Below, piece by piece: positions 1-9,491 of a DNA stretch of 64,000 nt. The stretch covers positions 141,545 to 205,544 of IMG/VR virus record IMGVR_UViG_3300048597_000634. One strand, 5' to 3'. The notes under the pieces are model-generated. The model had not been told where the DNA came from. It saw only the letters and a program-made list of their open reading frames with translations, and did not search any database. Position 1 is the first letter of the stretch, and each line of letters begins with the position of its first letter. The position numbers were made by a program, and so were the translations under genes.

Positions 1-541
1 AGTCTAAGAACTCTTCGTCAGTCATAGTGGCTAACTTCTCGTACAACTCGAAGGATCTACCGGTTAATCCGTAAGCAGCGTGGACCAAGATAGTCTGGTT
101 TAGTCGGTTGAGCATCAGGTCACGGTCGCTGATGTATTTAAGGAAGGCGGGGGCTGGCTTATTTGGGAAGCAATGTTGCCAACAGGTAAGGGCGGCGGAT
201 TGTTCAAAATTAACCACCATGGTTAAGTTAGGATGGTCTAGCTCGGCGTCTAATAGGTCTCTAGCGGCTAGATGATGATCTATAAGGGTTATCTTATGTC
301 CTTCTTTCAGCCAGCGTTTTAGAACCTTAGCAGGGTAATGGTAGTCAACGATGTAGATGTTTTTGGGACTATCACCGAAGAATAGTTTATTATTTTCTAT
401 CTGGTGGCTGCGCCCCACTAATTTGATGCTGGTGATGTTTTGTTCTTGTAGCCAACGGTTGACTACCCAGGCGGCGGCATAGCCATCTGGGCACACCTGA
501 CTATTATTGACCATGTGGTAGATGATGTAGTTATTCGGCAT
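1..541 (-). CDS. DHH-family phosphoesterase (partial, runs off window start)
   Basis: Not in the ORF track. Manual translation from ATG at 541 gives MPNNYIIYH...CPDGYAAAW...IVDY...LIDHH...SAALTCW...YISDRD, which contains the DHH-family motifs. Confidence 0.8.
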   Translation of the reverse strand, partial: MPNNYIIYHMVNNSQVCPDGYAAAWVVNRWLQEQNITSIKLVGRSHQIENNKLFFGDSPKNIYIVDYHYPAKVLKRWLKEGHKITLIDHHLAARDLLDAELDHPNLTMVVNFEQSAALTCWQHCFPNKPAPAFLKYISDRDLMLNRLNQTILVHAAYGLTGRSFELYEKLATMTDEEFLD

Positions 542-767
542 TTTCTTTTAGTAGCTCCAGCACGATGCGTGGAGGTTCTCCTTGGATGGGGGATCTAGTT
601 ACGTGGTCTACTTTGTAGATAGTTGGTTCGGTGGGCTCGTCGCCTAGGTGTTCTTCAATTAATACTTGTCCTCGACGAAGTACCCACTGGCGCCGGCGCC
701 AACTCATATAATGCGGGTACTTTAGTTTACTTTTGGGATCGGTGATGGCGGGCTTCTTTTTAGGCAT
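531..767 (-). CDS. hypothetical protein
   Basis: 78-aa ORF packed between neighbouring genes on the same strand. Confidence 0.55.
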   Translation of the reverse strand: MPKKKPAITDPKSKLKYPHYMSWRRRQWVLRRGQVLIEEHLGDEPTEPTIYKVDHVTRSPIQGEPPRIVLELLKENAE

Positions 768-772
768 AATCG

Positions 773-2197
773 TTAATCAGCTAATTGGTCAGCGGTTACT
801 TCCGTTGCACAGCTAAGGCACACCGAGAAGTCTTCTGAATAAGGTACAGAGTCTACGAACATAGTCCACAGCTCCCTGTCCTTAGAATACCCTTGGGTCA
901 AAGACATCAAGTGGTCATTATCTGTATTGTCTACACCACCGTTTAGGTCACTATCAGTCCATAGCATTAGGTCATCAGGGTCTTCTGGTAGTTCGTTATC
1001 GCCGGCGCCGTCTTCGTAATAATAGAGTTCGTCTTCTGTTAGCTGCTGGCAGAACTTATAGGTGGCAATGAGGGCGCACATGAAATAGCTGTGGTTTACG
1101 ATTAGCGCCGCCCAAGGCGTTTCATCTCCAGTAAGGTCAGCGAACAACGCAAAGGACTTGTCTTGCTCCATTAAGTCAGAAGACTTGGTTAGCTCTAGGT
1201 GTGAGTCTAAGCAACGTAACCTTACGCCTTCAGAGTCATTAGTAGAGCGCCGCTTCTGGATATTAGTCTTATGGATTAGTTGCTTAGCCCCGAAAGTTCT
1301 AGTGCTGTGACTATCTAAGGGAATCTTATTGTTTAGGATTAGCGGCGCGTATTCACTAACAGCTCGGCTTAGATACGCTTCAGTGGTGGGCAATAATAAC
1401 CAGTCTTTGCCCGACCATACTTGTACGTGTTTTTGGTCTGTGGTGATTCTGAAGTTAATATCTCCTTTAGTCTGTAGGTTAAGGATACGAACTAAGTGGC
1501 GGGCTGGCACCCCGAAGCTTACGTCACCTTCAATGGTGCATTGAGCGTCTATGCCTACCTTGATAAGACTAATGCCTGTATCGGCGCCGCTGTATTCAGA
1601 GCCGAAGAGCTGTAGTTTGCCTAGTTCTCTGTTGTAGTGGAACCATACTGAGCGGCGGCTAGTGTCATTGGCATACTTACTAAAGGTGTTAAGGATAGCT
1701 GCTCGTCGCCGGAAGGGTATTATGTCAGGCACGTTTATACATCCTGGTAGCCAGTCGGTAAACGTAGGTGGTCTAAACTCATCAAAGCCGCCGGTATAAA
1801 TGGGACTAGTAACCCGGTCAATGAGGTCTGGGTCAGCACTAAGACTACAGTCAGTTATGCATTGGACTTCCACCACATTACGTTTAGTAGCCCTAATTCG
1901 CATTGGGTTACTAGACCACGGCTCTTCTCTCAATTGTTTTATGTCGGTGCCATCTATGAGGAATTGAGACTCACCTACGATGCCAGAGCTAGGTATTACC
2001 TTAGACCCCCAGGTGGAGCGTTTTAGTAGGGCAGTTAAGCGGCAATGGGATTCATCTATTTGGGCTAATCGCATGTAACGTAAGGCTGAGCCAGCGGGGC
2101 TAGCGTCTTCGTCTATGTCCAGCAGAAACTTAACTGCTTGGACTAGTTGGGCACCCGTAGCAAAGTCCAGGTAGTTAAGATTATTGTTCTTGGTCAT
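773..2197 (-). CDS. putative divergent DNA sliding clamp (DnaN/beta-like) with acidic insertion
   Basis: Segments resembling DnaN patterns occur in order (LRYMRL..LTA, FLIDG, FDEFRPP, FGVPARHLVRIL, LIVNHSYFMCAL). The gene lies near the DNA polymerase gene. Recognised by eye only. Confidence 0.45.
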   Translation of the reverse strand: MTKNNNLNYLDFATGAQLVQAVKFLLDIDEDASPAGSALRYMRLAQIDESHCRLTALLKRSTWGSKVIPSSGIVGESQFLIDGTDIKQLREEPWSSNPMRIRATKRNVVEVQCITDCSLSADPDLIDRVTSPIYTGGFDEFRPPTFTDWLPGCINVPDIIPFRRRAAILNTFSKYANDTSRRSVWFHYNRELGKLQLFGSEYSGADTGISLIKVGIDAQCTIEGDVSFGVPARHLVRILNLQTKGDINFRITTDQKHVQVWSGKDWLLLPTTEAYLSRAVSEYAPLILNNKIPLDSHSTRTFGAKQLIHKTNIQKRRSTNDSEGVRLRCLDSHLELTKSSDLMEQDKSFALFADLTGDETPWAALIVNHSYFMCALIATYKFCQQLTEDELYYYEDGAGDNELPEDPDDLMLWTDSDLNGGVDNTDNDHLMSLTQGYSKDRELWTMFVDSVPYSEDFSVCLSCATEVTADQLAD

Positions 2198-2251
2198 GGG
2201 TTTTTACAAAAGATTAGGGCGGGATGGTCAACCACCCCCGGTTCAACTAGT

Positions 2252-2596
2252 TTACTTTTTGCCTAGCAAACCTTCAGCTTTATCTAGCCATACTCCTAGG
2301 GAGAACTCAGACAATACAGCTTGCTTTAGTTCACTGCGTAGTTTGTCGTCTTGGAGCTCTTTAGGTAGGATGGCGTCGTCTACAAACTCAAAGGCTTCTG
2401 CTAATTGTCCATCAAGTTTATCTAGGGTTTCTTGGAGGTACTTGTCTTTGACATAGTTGTACGACATGCGCCCAAAGCGTGCAGCTATAGGCTCTACAAA
2501 GGCTTTTGAGGTAACGGTAAGAAAAAAGCCTATTAAGACCCCCAGCACGAGGTCAATAGCATGAGTAATGAAGTTAATCATAGCCAGTCTTTCCAA
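2252..2596 (-). CDS. small membrane protein, possible holin/lysis accessory
   Basis: N-terminal hydrophobic helix (IDLVLGVLIGFFLTV); overlaps the 3' end of the endolysin gene. Confidence 0.4.
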   Translation of the reverse strand: MERLAMINFITHAIDLVLGVLIGFFLTVTSKAFVEPIAARFGRMSYNYVKDKYLQETLDKLDGQLAEAFEFVDDAILPKELQDDKLRSELKQAVLSEFSLGVWLDKAEGLLGKK

Positions 2597-3468
2597 AGTA
2601 AAGTGAAATCGAAGCGAGCAGCGCGGCTACTCTTATACTGGGTGGAAGCCTTCACTAGACGCATAAAGCTTAGGAACTCATTTGGGTCTCGTATTAATAC
2701 ACAACCGGCCGACCAGGTAGAAATAAATGTATTATATGCGCCGCGCCAACCAGTCGTTTTAGTTGTGTGCAAGTTAATCCCATTCCCTGCTTCTCTAGTA
2801 ACGCGGTCATCCCGAAGGAAATTATGGTTACTATCTCTGACCAGAGTAGCCACGCCGACTTGTTGCATAGCTTCATAGCCCCGGTGCTGTCCTACTGCCC
2901 AAAGTTGTTTATGCTGCCCTAGTTGTAGTCGAGCGGCGCCACCCCGGTTCAAAGGGTTCAGGGTGTAGTACCGACCTGGCTCCGTGGTGCCAACGTATAA
3001 ACAAGACCATTTGGGTTGGTTAGGAGCATCAAACTGCATAATACCCACCAAGTCATTCCAGCGGTCTGGTGCGTCATTATTAGGTGTACCGTTAAGATTT
3101 ACACCTTCAATGCCAATGATATTGATAGCGCCTGGGCGTTGGTCTAAGGTATAACCCCGCTCAACACAACAACGGAATGCACGGTCTATTAGGGAATTAG
3201 TGCTGGGTAGCTTAGGGGTTTTAAGAAGTTTTGCTATGGAGCCAGCGCCGATTAACTCAGGAGATTTCTGATAAATACTCTCTTTAAAAGTATTCCAACC
3301 GCCTTGGGTCATAGGACCATAGATGCCGTCGATACGGTTCTTAGGGTATAACCCGCGGTGGGATAGTAGAGTTTGTAGCTCGGTTAATTCTGTGCTGGTG
3401 AGGGCTTTTACTTCCTTGGGGTCACCTTGGTTCATTAAGGAAGTAAGAGCCGGGTATTGGTTAGACAT
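2578..3468 (-). CDS. endolysin: peptidoglycan-binding domain plus YkuD-like His/Cys catalytic domain
   Basis: ELQTLL..GLY...IDGIYGPMT matches PG_binding_1; GINLH...WSAGC is the catalytic motif. Confidence 0.75.
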   Translation of the reverse strand: MSNQYPALTSLMNQGDPKEVKALTSTELTELQTLLSHRGLYPKNRIDGIYGPMTQGGWNTFKESIYQKSPELIGAGSIAKLLKTPKLPSTNSLIDRAFRCCVERGYTLDQRPGAINIIGIEGVNLNGTPNNDAPDRWNDLVGIMQFDAPNQPKWSCLYVGTTEPGRYYTLNPLNRGGAARLQLGQHKQLWAVGQHRGYEAMQQVGVATLVRDSNHNFLRDDRVTREAGNGINLHTTKTTGWRGAYNTFISTWSAGCVLIRDPNEFLSFMRLVKASTQYKSSRAARFDFTLLWKDWL

Positions 3469-3475
3469 AGCTAAG

Positions 3476-3784
3476 TTATTGGGCTTTCATCTTCAACTTA
3501 GCCTTGAGCTTAGTCAAAACACCTTCGAGGGCGTCTAGCATAGACTTATGTTGGCAGGAACAAACCACGTTCATAGATTCGTTTTCTTCTAGTTCTGCTT
3601 CGTAGTATCCACTGGACGTGGGGCGTGTGAGAACGATGGTGAAGGTCTTAGATTTATCTAGTTTGTTAGTTAAGGTAATCCACACCTCACAGTCATCTAC
3701 CGGTTTAATGGAAGAGTTGAAAGTTTTGGTGCCAACTACCTTTCTAATAGTTCTACGGATACTCTGCTTTTGTTCCTCGGTCAT
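3476..3784 (-). CDS. hypothetical protein
   Basis: 102-aa ORF directly downstream of the last polA exon. Confidence 0.6.
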   Translation of the reverse strand: MTEEQKQSIRRTIRKVVGTKTFNSSIKPVDDCEVWITLTNKLDKSKTFTIVLTRPTSSGYYEAELEENESMNVVCSCQHKSMLDALEGVLTKLKAKLKMKAQ

Positions 3785-3788
3785 TGCT

Positions 3789-5823
3789 TTAGTGAGCCCA
3801 GACGGGCGCTATAGAATAAGAACAGGCACCTTTGATCTCAGAGCCTAGAGCCTCAAACTGTTTGGTTTGCACGGACTCCATTATCTGCTTAATGGTCTCT
3901 GCTATTTCTATAGCTAGCTTATCGGATGTGAAGGCTAATTCTGTGTATAGCCCATCGTCATTCACTTTGCTGTTGTCCCAGTCTATGGTAGATGTACCAG
4001 GAGAGTATATCAAGATTTCCATTTGATGTTGCGCCCCGCCCGATTCCGACGGGGCTCCTTAGCTTACACTAAGGGTCAGACTATATCATCACCAGCTTAT
4101 GCGCTGGTGCAACCTGTTTCGAGACCTCTTGGTCCCTACTCCCTTGCGGGATAGTCGTTGAACCTTGGTCATGTGGTATGACCCTTGGCTGCTGATTGCC
4201 CTGCTTTAGCGTGGGGGTTCCCAGCAATTAAGGTTGTTTACCCACGACAAAATCTATCGTGCACCTGTCCAATCAGTTGAATATCCTCCTGTGTAAACGT
4301 TGAATGGTTATCAATCCACCGTTGGATTAATATCATGGATTCTTTGGTCTGGGTTGCTGAAATGCTTTGGCATTGTTGTTATCGTAGAGCCGTTTAAACT
4401 CTACTTCCGCTGGTCACCCAACGGGTCAGGTCATATCATCGACTCTAGGAGTCGCCGGGCGCTCTTGGATAATATTATAGTTTGGGTCCATATTATCTGA
4501 CCGTCACACCTTCCTAGGGACTAAAACCCATCCTAGGCTTGGCTCGGTATTGCCTGGCTAGACACCAGGGGTCCACCGAATTCACCCGGTTATCACTTAA
4601 TCATCACTGATTAAGGCCACCCATTAGTTGATGGCGCAATTCACAGCAGCCCGCACAGCGGAATCTCCTTCCTTGCCGCCAGACCTTTCTTCAGCTCGAT
4701 GTTGTTATCGTCAGGCTCTTTATCCTGACTTCTATTGGTTTCCCAATAGTCCAGACTATTTCTTAAGCGTTGCCATTTTGACAACCCTTTCGGGCGCTCG
4801 TGGGGATTATTATTGTTGGAACTCAAATCCCTAGTCGTTGAACCTGACGTAGAACCAAAGTCCTCTACGTATTGGCTTAGCGTTACCATAACCTTCTTAT
4901 AAGCGTTAGGCTTTCACTAAATTCACCCGATTTAAGGTAGGCTAACTATTCACTTTACCCACCGGTGCCGGCCTGTCAACGGGACTATACAAAAGCCCCT
5001 GGCGGCGGCTAAAGCACCATAATTCTCCGCCCAATCATAATACCCAGCGTAAGTTTCGCGATGGTTTTTTACCCAGGACTCAGCGACGTCTAGTTTGACA
5101 TGATTACGCTCACTGATTGACTGGGGTGTGCTTAAGTAAAGCATCAATTGCCCCCGGCTTTCACCGAGGATTAGACTATACCTTTACAATCATTGATTGC
5201 ACTCGCCGTGTTACCCAACCTTAGGGTTGAGTCTCAGAGTCACCATAGTGTCGGCACCTTAGGTTATCGTCAGTCGTTGAACCATTCGCGCCGCTTTCAC
5301 GACGCCCTGGCTGCTGATTGGCATCGACGTTAGTCGGAAGCTTTCCAGCAATTGAGCGAGTTTGTTTTCGCCAACTCTACTTAGCGAAATTGAGCGTCTT
5401 AGCCGTGTCACGGGGTTTACGCTTTTCTCCAGGCTGTAGTTTTCGTACTATTTCATCCCACTCGCTTTCAGGTTTTCCTTCTACTAAGTGAGGATGGGTG
5501 CAGTTAGAACAAGTCCAAGAATGGAGGTCCCCTCTAGGGTTTGTATAGGTAGTTCCGTCGGGCAATGCGAGCTTTTTAGGTAATAATTGCGCTTGAGTCA
5601 TGGCCGGGTCTTTACTAAGCACTGTAGCTACTAAAATTTCCTGGGATGAGTAGTCTAAAGATACTATACTTTTCCCCGACCCATTACCACAGGTAAAACC
5701 ATTACGAGGGTTACTCATAAAGGTAATAACCTGTTCTTCGGTTTGAGGCTCGCTTAATACTACGCCGCCGCCCGTGGGGGCTGGGCGGGTAGTCAGTCTT
5801 CGTTTACGTTTCGGTTGGTTCAT
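3789..5823 (-). CDS. polA: family A DNA polymerase, C-terminal (fingers/palm) subunit; 5 exons: 5823-5383, 5144-4957, 4696-4631, 4370-4256, 4019-3789; 346 aa spliced
   Basis: Joined exons total 1041 nt in frame. They restore motif A (SLDYSSQE), motif B (RDTAKTLNFA|MLY), AVNCAI|QS and motif C (QVHD|EILI). Confidence 0.92.
4020..4255 (-). ncRNA. group I intron 4 of polA (236 nt, ORF-less), inserted within motif C (HD|E)
   Basis: P1 CACGAU/GUCGUG; P10 AGAUUUU/GAAAUCU; P AAUUGCUGGGAA; Q AAUCAGCAGCC; R GUUCAACGACUA; S AUGAUAUAGUCU. Confidence 0.93.
4371..4630 (-). ncRNA. group I intron 3 of polA (260 nt, ORF-less)
   Basis: P1 GCCAU/GUGGC; P3 CCGGGUG/CGCCCGG; P4 GAAUUCGGU/AAUACCGAGCC; variant P7 GGUCA/UGACC; terminal G at 4371. 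Confidence 0.88.
4697..4956 (-). ncRNA. group I intron 2 of polA (260 nt, ORF-less)
   Basis: P1 GGUGGGU/GCCUACC with U.G at the splice site; R GUUCAACGACUA; S AAGAAAUAGUCU; terminal G at 4697. Confidence 0.9.
5145..5382 (-). ncRNA. group I intron 1 of polA (238 nt, ORF-less)
   Basis: 5' exon ends in U and the intron ends in G. P1 UUUCGCU/GGCGAAA; P AAUUGCUGGAAA; Q AAUCAGCAGCC; R GUUCAACGACUG; S AAGGUAUAGUCU. Confidence 0.92.
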
Positions 5824-6055
5824 CGTCGGTGTTAGTTAATTCTTTGAGCTTCTGTTTGCCTTTTTTGGTTAGAGACAATGGGGCTGACTGTTTAAGTAAA
5901 TCGAGATGCTTAAGAGACTTAAGGGCGGCGGCGATTTGCTGTTTAGTCAATCCTTCACAGTCCGCAGGATAAGCAATAGGATTATGGTCAATGAACGACC
6001 GTAATACTAACTCCTCATCCTGGGATAGTTGTTGGCTGAAGTGGTTGGGCGTCAT
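5804..6055 (-). CDS. small hypothetical protein, possibly winged-helix
   Basis: 83 aa; C-terminal LSLTKKG resembles a wing motif. Confidence 0.4.
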   Translation of the reverse strand: MTPNHFSQQLSQDEELVLRSFIDHNPIAYPADCEGLTKQQIAAALKSLKHLDLLKQSAPLSLTKKGKQKLKELTNTDDEPTET

Positions 6056-8520
6056 AGTGGCGCGGTGCCTCGTCTGGTTTCTAATTCATTAATAATCTCT
6101 AGTAACTGCCAGAATTTATCATGACTAACATTAAATGCCGCAAGCAGGTCCCAATACTGCATAATCACTTTGCCGTAGAGTAAGCGTCGGTCATCACAAG
6201 ACTTTCTGTTTAATATGCTGTATTCCTTGCACAATCTCAGGAAATTAGGGTGCCAATCAGCTATACGCTTAGTTTCTTTGGGGATATAACGCCCTAGTAG
6301 TGTTCGTATAGCTCGGTACTGCTCGCCGGACATATAAGGGTCTCCAGCAAAACCCAGCACCTCCCCAGAATGGTTAGATTCTAACCACTTAAAGAGCCGA
6401 TCTCTCACTGTGTCTATAGAGGTCCAGTTACATAACCCTGCCTCACATAGCGTTTCAATCTTAGCCGCCGCGTTGGGTGAGATGGTAAACCGGAATGGGT
6501 GGTAATGCTTAATGAAACACCGCGGCGCCATGGACACACAGCTATATTCCTCATCAGTTTTGATAATGGTGTAGATGCCGTTATTTTTTAAGTAAATGAC
6601 CGGCTCCATTAATAGCGCCTCGTTAATATCATTGAGGTCATCTACGGTGTGCTTATGCTCCCATGAACCTACATTGATGACGTCATCGCTAGTGTTCCGC
6701 AGTTGCCGAAGCAGCACTGCTAAGTCAACACCAGTCTTATCCTCTACCTCATCCTTACTAGACTTATTAACGGACTTGGTACTCTTAGTTCTGTATAGCC
6801 CAAGGTAGTTAATGATTGGGCCGTAAGGTTTTAGCTGGTCCTCTAGCATGTTGAGAGCTGAAGAGTCCTGGGATAGCTTTAATACTAGGACGGGGCCGGT
6901 TATCTTATCTCCATAGACCCGCTCAAGTTGTTTTAAGGTTATATCGCGCCCCCGGAGGGCTATTACGGTCAGACCAAGGTTAATAACCTTTAATGGGTTC
7001 ATACGGGCGCGGTCATTGGGCGTTGCCTTGACCTTAGCGTGCCGGTAATAATCCTTAATTTCTTTCCATAACTCGCCATCGTAGTCATAAGACATATCAC
7101 TGTCAGCTAACAGGTAATACTTAGACACGGCGTAACTGCACCCTAGACTCTTGTTGTTAGATAAGTAGTCGTAGATATAACCATGGCTGCCCCGCGGCTC
7201 AATTAGCGTAATCAGACCGTCAGTGTATGTAAAGGATGGGAATTGTTGCTCACTGTCAACCCCGTTAGATACATAACGTAGTTTATGGGGACCAGCATCT
7301 ACGGTGAAGGATAATTTGGCTTCAGCATTGAGATAGTATCTGATACGCTGTGTTAGCGCTGTGCAGTAATTAAGAAAGACCTTGGACACCTCAGCCACAT
7401 TGGTTAAGTCAGCACACTCGTGGTGCTTCTTAATATGCTGGTCAAAGGATTGCTGGACCAATGCACTGAGCCTTCTATTGACCTCAACACTAATGACTTG
7501 CGAGGCTAAAGCTTGTAGTTTGTCTAGGATTGGCTGCGTTTGGTCATTCTTCAACAACTCTTCTCGGCTTGTGTTTAAAGGCAAATATCCAGGCGGTACT
7601 CGAATAACCACCACGCAGTGCTGTTCTGTCGCTGAGCTGCTTCGATACCCTAATAGGTCTGAGCTGAGGATTTCTTCTATAGTTAGCTGTTTGCTTATGG
7701 TAGTAGCGTTACTATACACGTAGCCTTTATTTTGTTTGAGGTAATATAAGGCGCCGCCTAAGTCTAAAATCACACTACCGTAGCTATAACGGTTAGCAGT
7801 GTAATAATCTACAGTTACTGGCGTGTCCGCCTCTTCCTTTGTGTTTAGAGAAAAGTAACGGTGAGGCTTTAAGCCTTGACCAAACCACCAATCATCCTGC
7901 GACGTTAGTGACTCACCTTTAATAAGGTTGAAGTCATAACGAGAGACGTCTATTAAGTCTAGTAATGTATGTATGACTTTACTTGTAGCTACATTACCGA
8001 AAGGGATGGTGACTTCTAACCCAGTGTTATCTGCTTCTACGGGTTCTGGGTCAGACCATATTGTTAACTCAGGGATGTGGTATTCATTCAGGTTACAGAG
8101 GTATAGGGTTTCATAGCCGCCGTGGAAACTACGAATGTAAAACTGTTTAGATAAGGCAAGCGGCGCCAGCCGACCCACACCATAGGCACCAATGGCATTA
8201 GCGTTATCTTCCTTAGTGCTCTCACCAATGTGGGTATATAACCCGTGCATTGATTCAGGACTTAGCCCCGGACCATGGTCACGGATGATTACCCGGTCTA
8301 CTTCTACCGTTATATCTACTGATAATCCAGGACCTACTTCGTTGTTAGCGTCGTAGGCGTTGCTGATGATTTCACGGAAGGCGGCGCTAAGGGGGTCGGC
8401 GTATTGTTGGGTGATTAATAGTTGACTTAGCTTAGCTAACTGCTGGCGTTCTAGCTTAATGCTGAATTCTTTGCCAGACTCGTTCTTGATGGCGGTGCGT
8501 TGTTCTAAGATAGGCCTCAT
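6052..8520 (-). CDS. rIIA: rIIA-like protein with N-terminal GHKL (Hsp90-like) ATPase domain
   Basis: Motifs YADPLSAAFREIISNAYDAN, IRDHGPGLS, STKEDNANAIGAYGVG and TGLEVTIP; 822 aa. Confidence 0.75.
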   Translation of the reverse strand: MRPILEQRTAIKNESGKEFSIKLERQQLAKLSQLLITQQYADPLSAAFREIISNAYDANNEVGPGLSVDITVEVDRVIIRDHGPGLSPESMHGLYTHIGESTKEDNANAIGAYGVGRLAPLALSKQFYIRSFHGGYETLYLCNLNEYHIPELTIWSDPEPVEADNTGLEVTIPFGNVATSKVIHTLLDLIDVSRYDFNLIKGESLTSQDDWWFGQGLKPHRYFSLNTKEEADTPVTVDYYTANRYSYGSVILDLGGALYYLKQNKGYVYSNATTISKQLTIEEILSSDLLGYRSSSATEQHCVVVIRVPPGYLPLNTSREELLKNDQTQPILDKLQALASQVISVEVNRRLSALVQQSFDQHIKKHHECADLTNVAEVSKVFLNYCTALTQRIRYYLNAEAKLSFTVDAGPHKLRYVSNGVDSEQQFPSFTYTDGLITLIEPRGSHGYIYDYLSNNKSLGCSYAVSKYYLLADSDMSYDYDGELWKEIKDYYRHAKVKATPNDRARMNPLKVINLGLTVIALRGRDITLKQLERVYGDKITGPVLVLKLSQDSSALNMLEDQLKPYGPIINYLGLYRTKSTKSVNKSSKDEVEDKTGVDLAVLLRQLRNTSDDVINVGSWEHKHTVDDLNDINEALLMEPVIYLKNNGIYTIIKTDEEYSCVSMAPRCFIKHYHPFRFTISPNAAAKIETLCEAGLCNWTSIDTVRDRLFKWLESNHSGEVLGFAGDPYMSGEQYRAIRTLLGRYIPKETKRIADWHPNFLRLCKEYSILNRKSCDDRRLLYGKVIMQYWDLLAAFNVSHDKFWQLLEIINELETRRGTAPL

Positions 8521-8522
8521 TA

Positions 8523-8870
8523 TTATTTGCTGTGTAGGTCGTGCTGTTTGGACTCGTAGGACTGCTTAAGGGCGGCGGCTAGTAGTTGTCCTTTCTCTAC
8601 TGCCATGGACGCTAGGGTAGCTGCGTCAAGGTCTGGATTCTGGTCCATGAGGCGTGGTAGGTAAAGGGTGGCACAAGTAAGTTCTTGTTCTTGCCAGTAT
8701 TCTTCGGACTTGAGAAGGAAAGGCTCGTCTGCTAGTAGCGTGTAGATGTCGCACAGTTGGTCTTCGATGGAAGATAGGTAACGGTCACGGTCGGCGATTT
8801 GTTTGAGGTAGTGGGCTGTGTAGACCGCTGCTTTCTGGATGGTCTTGAGATAGTTAAGGATTGGCTGCAT
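8523..8870 (-). CDS. hypothetical protein
   Basis: 115-aa ORF in the same operon. Confidence 0.6.
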   Translation of the reverse strand: MQPILNYLKTIQKAAVYTAHYLKQIADRDRYLSSIEDQLCDIYTLLADEPFLLKSEEYWQEQELTCATLYLPRLMDQNPDLDAATLASMAVEKGQLLAAALKQSYESKQHDLHSK

Positions 8871-8894
8871 TGTAGTGATGGTTGGTTAATGGGC

Positions 8895-8933
8895 AAAAGA
8901 AAACCCGCCTACGTTTGTTGCGTTGTAGACGGG
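8895..8933 (-). terminator. intrinsic terminator-like hairpin
   Basis: Minus strand CCCGUCUAC...GUAGGCGGG followed by UUUUCUUUU. Confidence 0.6.
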
Positions 8934-9146
8934 CACGAGACGAAAGATACGAAGTGATACTACCAGCTTAGCGCCATTGACTCTGCAATAGCACGGCAGC
9001 GCTGGCTCGGCGATTCTTAGCTTTAAGCCGCTTGTTGGCGTTTAAAGACCTAAGATAGGCAGTGGTCTTCGTTTGGTAGTTTAGTTGAGGTTGGTTAGTT
9101 TCCATGCTTGTTAGTTTGGTATAAATTTATACCATTTGATTATAAC

Positions 9147-9410
9147 TTAAGGTTCTTCATCTTGGACTAGAAACGGCACCCATTTGGCGTGCCAGTCTGC
9201 CAAGATATGTTTGACAATGATGGTGGCTTCGGGGATGTAAGTAGTTAATGGTTCGTAGGAGTCGTCTGCTGGTGGAAGCCCGGTGTATTCGGTGATTAGG
9301 TTAGTGTTCATTAACCGGGTGGTGGTGCCGTCTGGTTTAGCGGCTTCGAGTAGTAAGGAGACTTTGTTTGGTTCTGGAAGGATTTCAAAGGTGCAAACTA
9401 AGTGAGTCAT
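9147..9410 (-). CDS. hypothetical protein
   Basis: 87-aa ORF. Confidence 0.55.
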   Translation of the reverse strand: MTHLVCTFEILPEPNKVSLLLEAAKPDGTTTRLMNTNLITEYTGLPPADDSYEPLTTYIPEATIIVKHILADWHAKWVPFLVQDEEP

Positions 9411-9491
9411 GGTTGGTTAAAGGCGGCGCTTGATTAACTTTTTATCTGGCTGCGGCTAGGTTGAACGTAGTCGGACATTATCCCAACTACC

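Noticed and set aside
4025-4075. tRNA-like GC-rich hairpins
   Set aside because: They are the P9 region of intron 4. I recognised no tRNA cloverleaf in the window.
4300-4889. ORFs 4300-4500(+), 4628-4834(+) and 4641-4889(-)
   Set aside because: They overlap group I intron cores and polA exons and have no homing-endonuclease motifs.
5700-5823. Split-intein C-fragment at the polA N-terminus
   Set aside because: No block F/G or terminal HN-[CST] motif is present.
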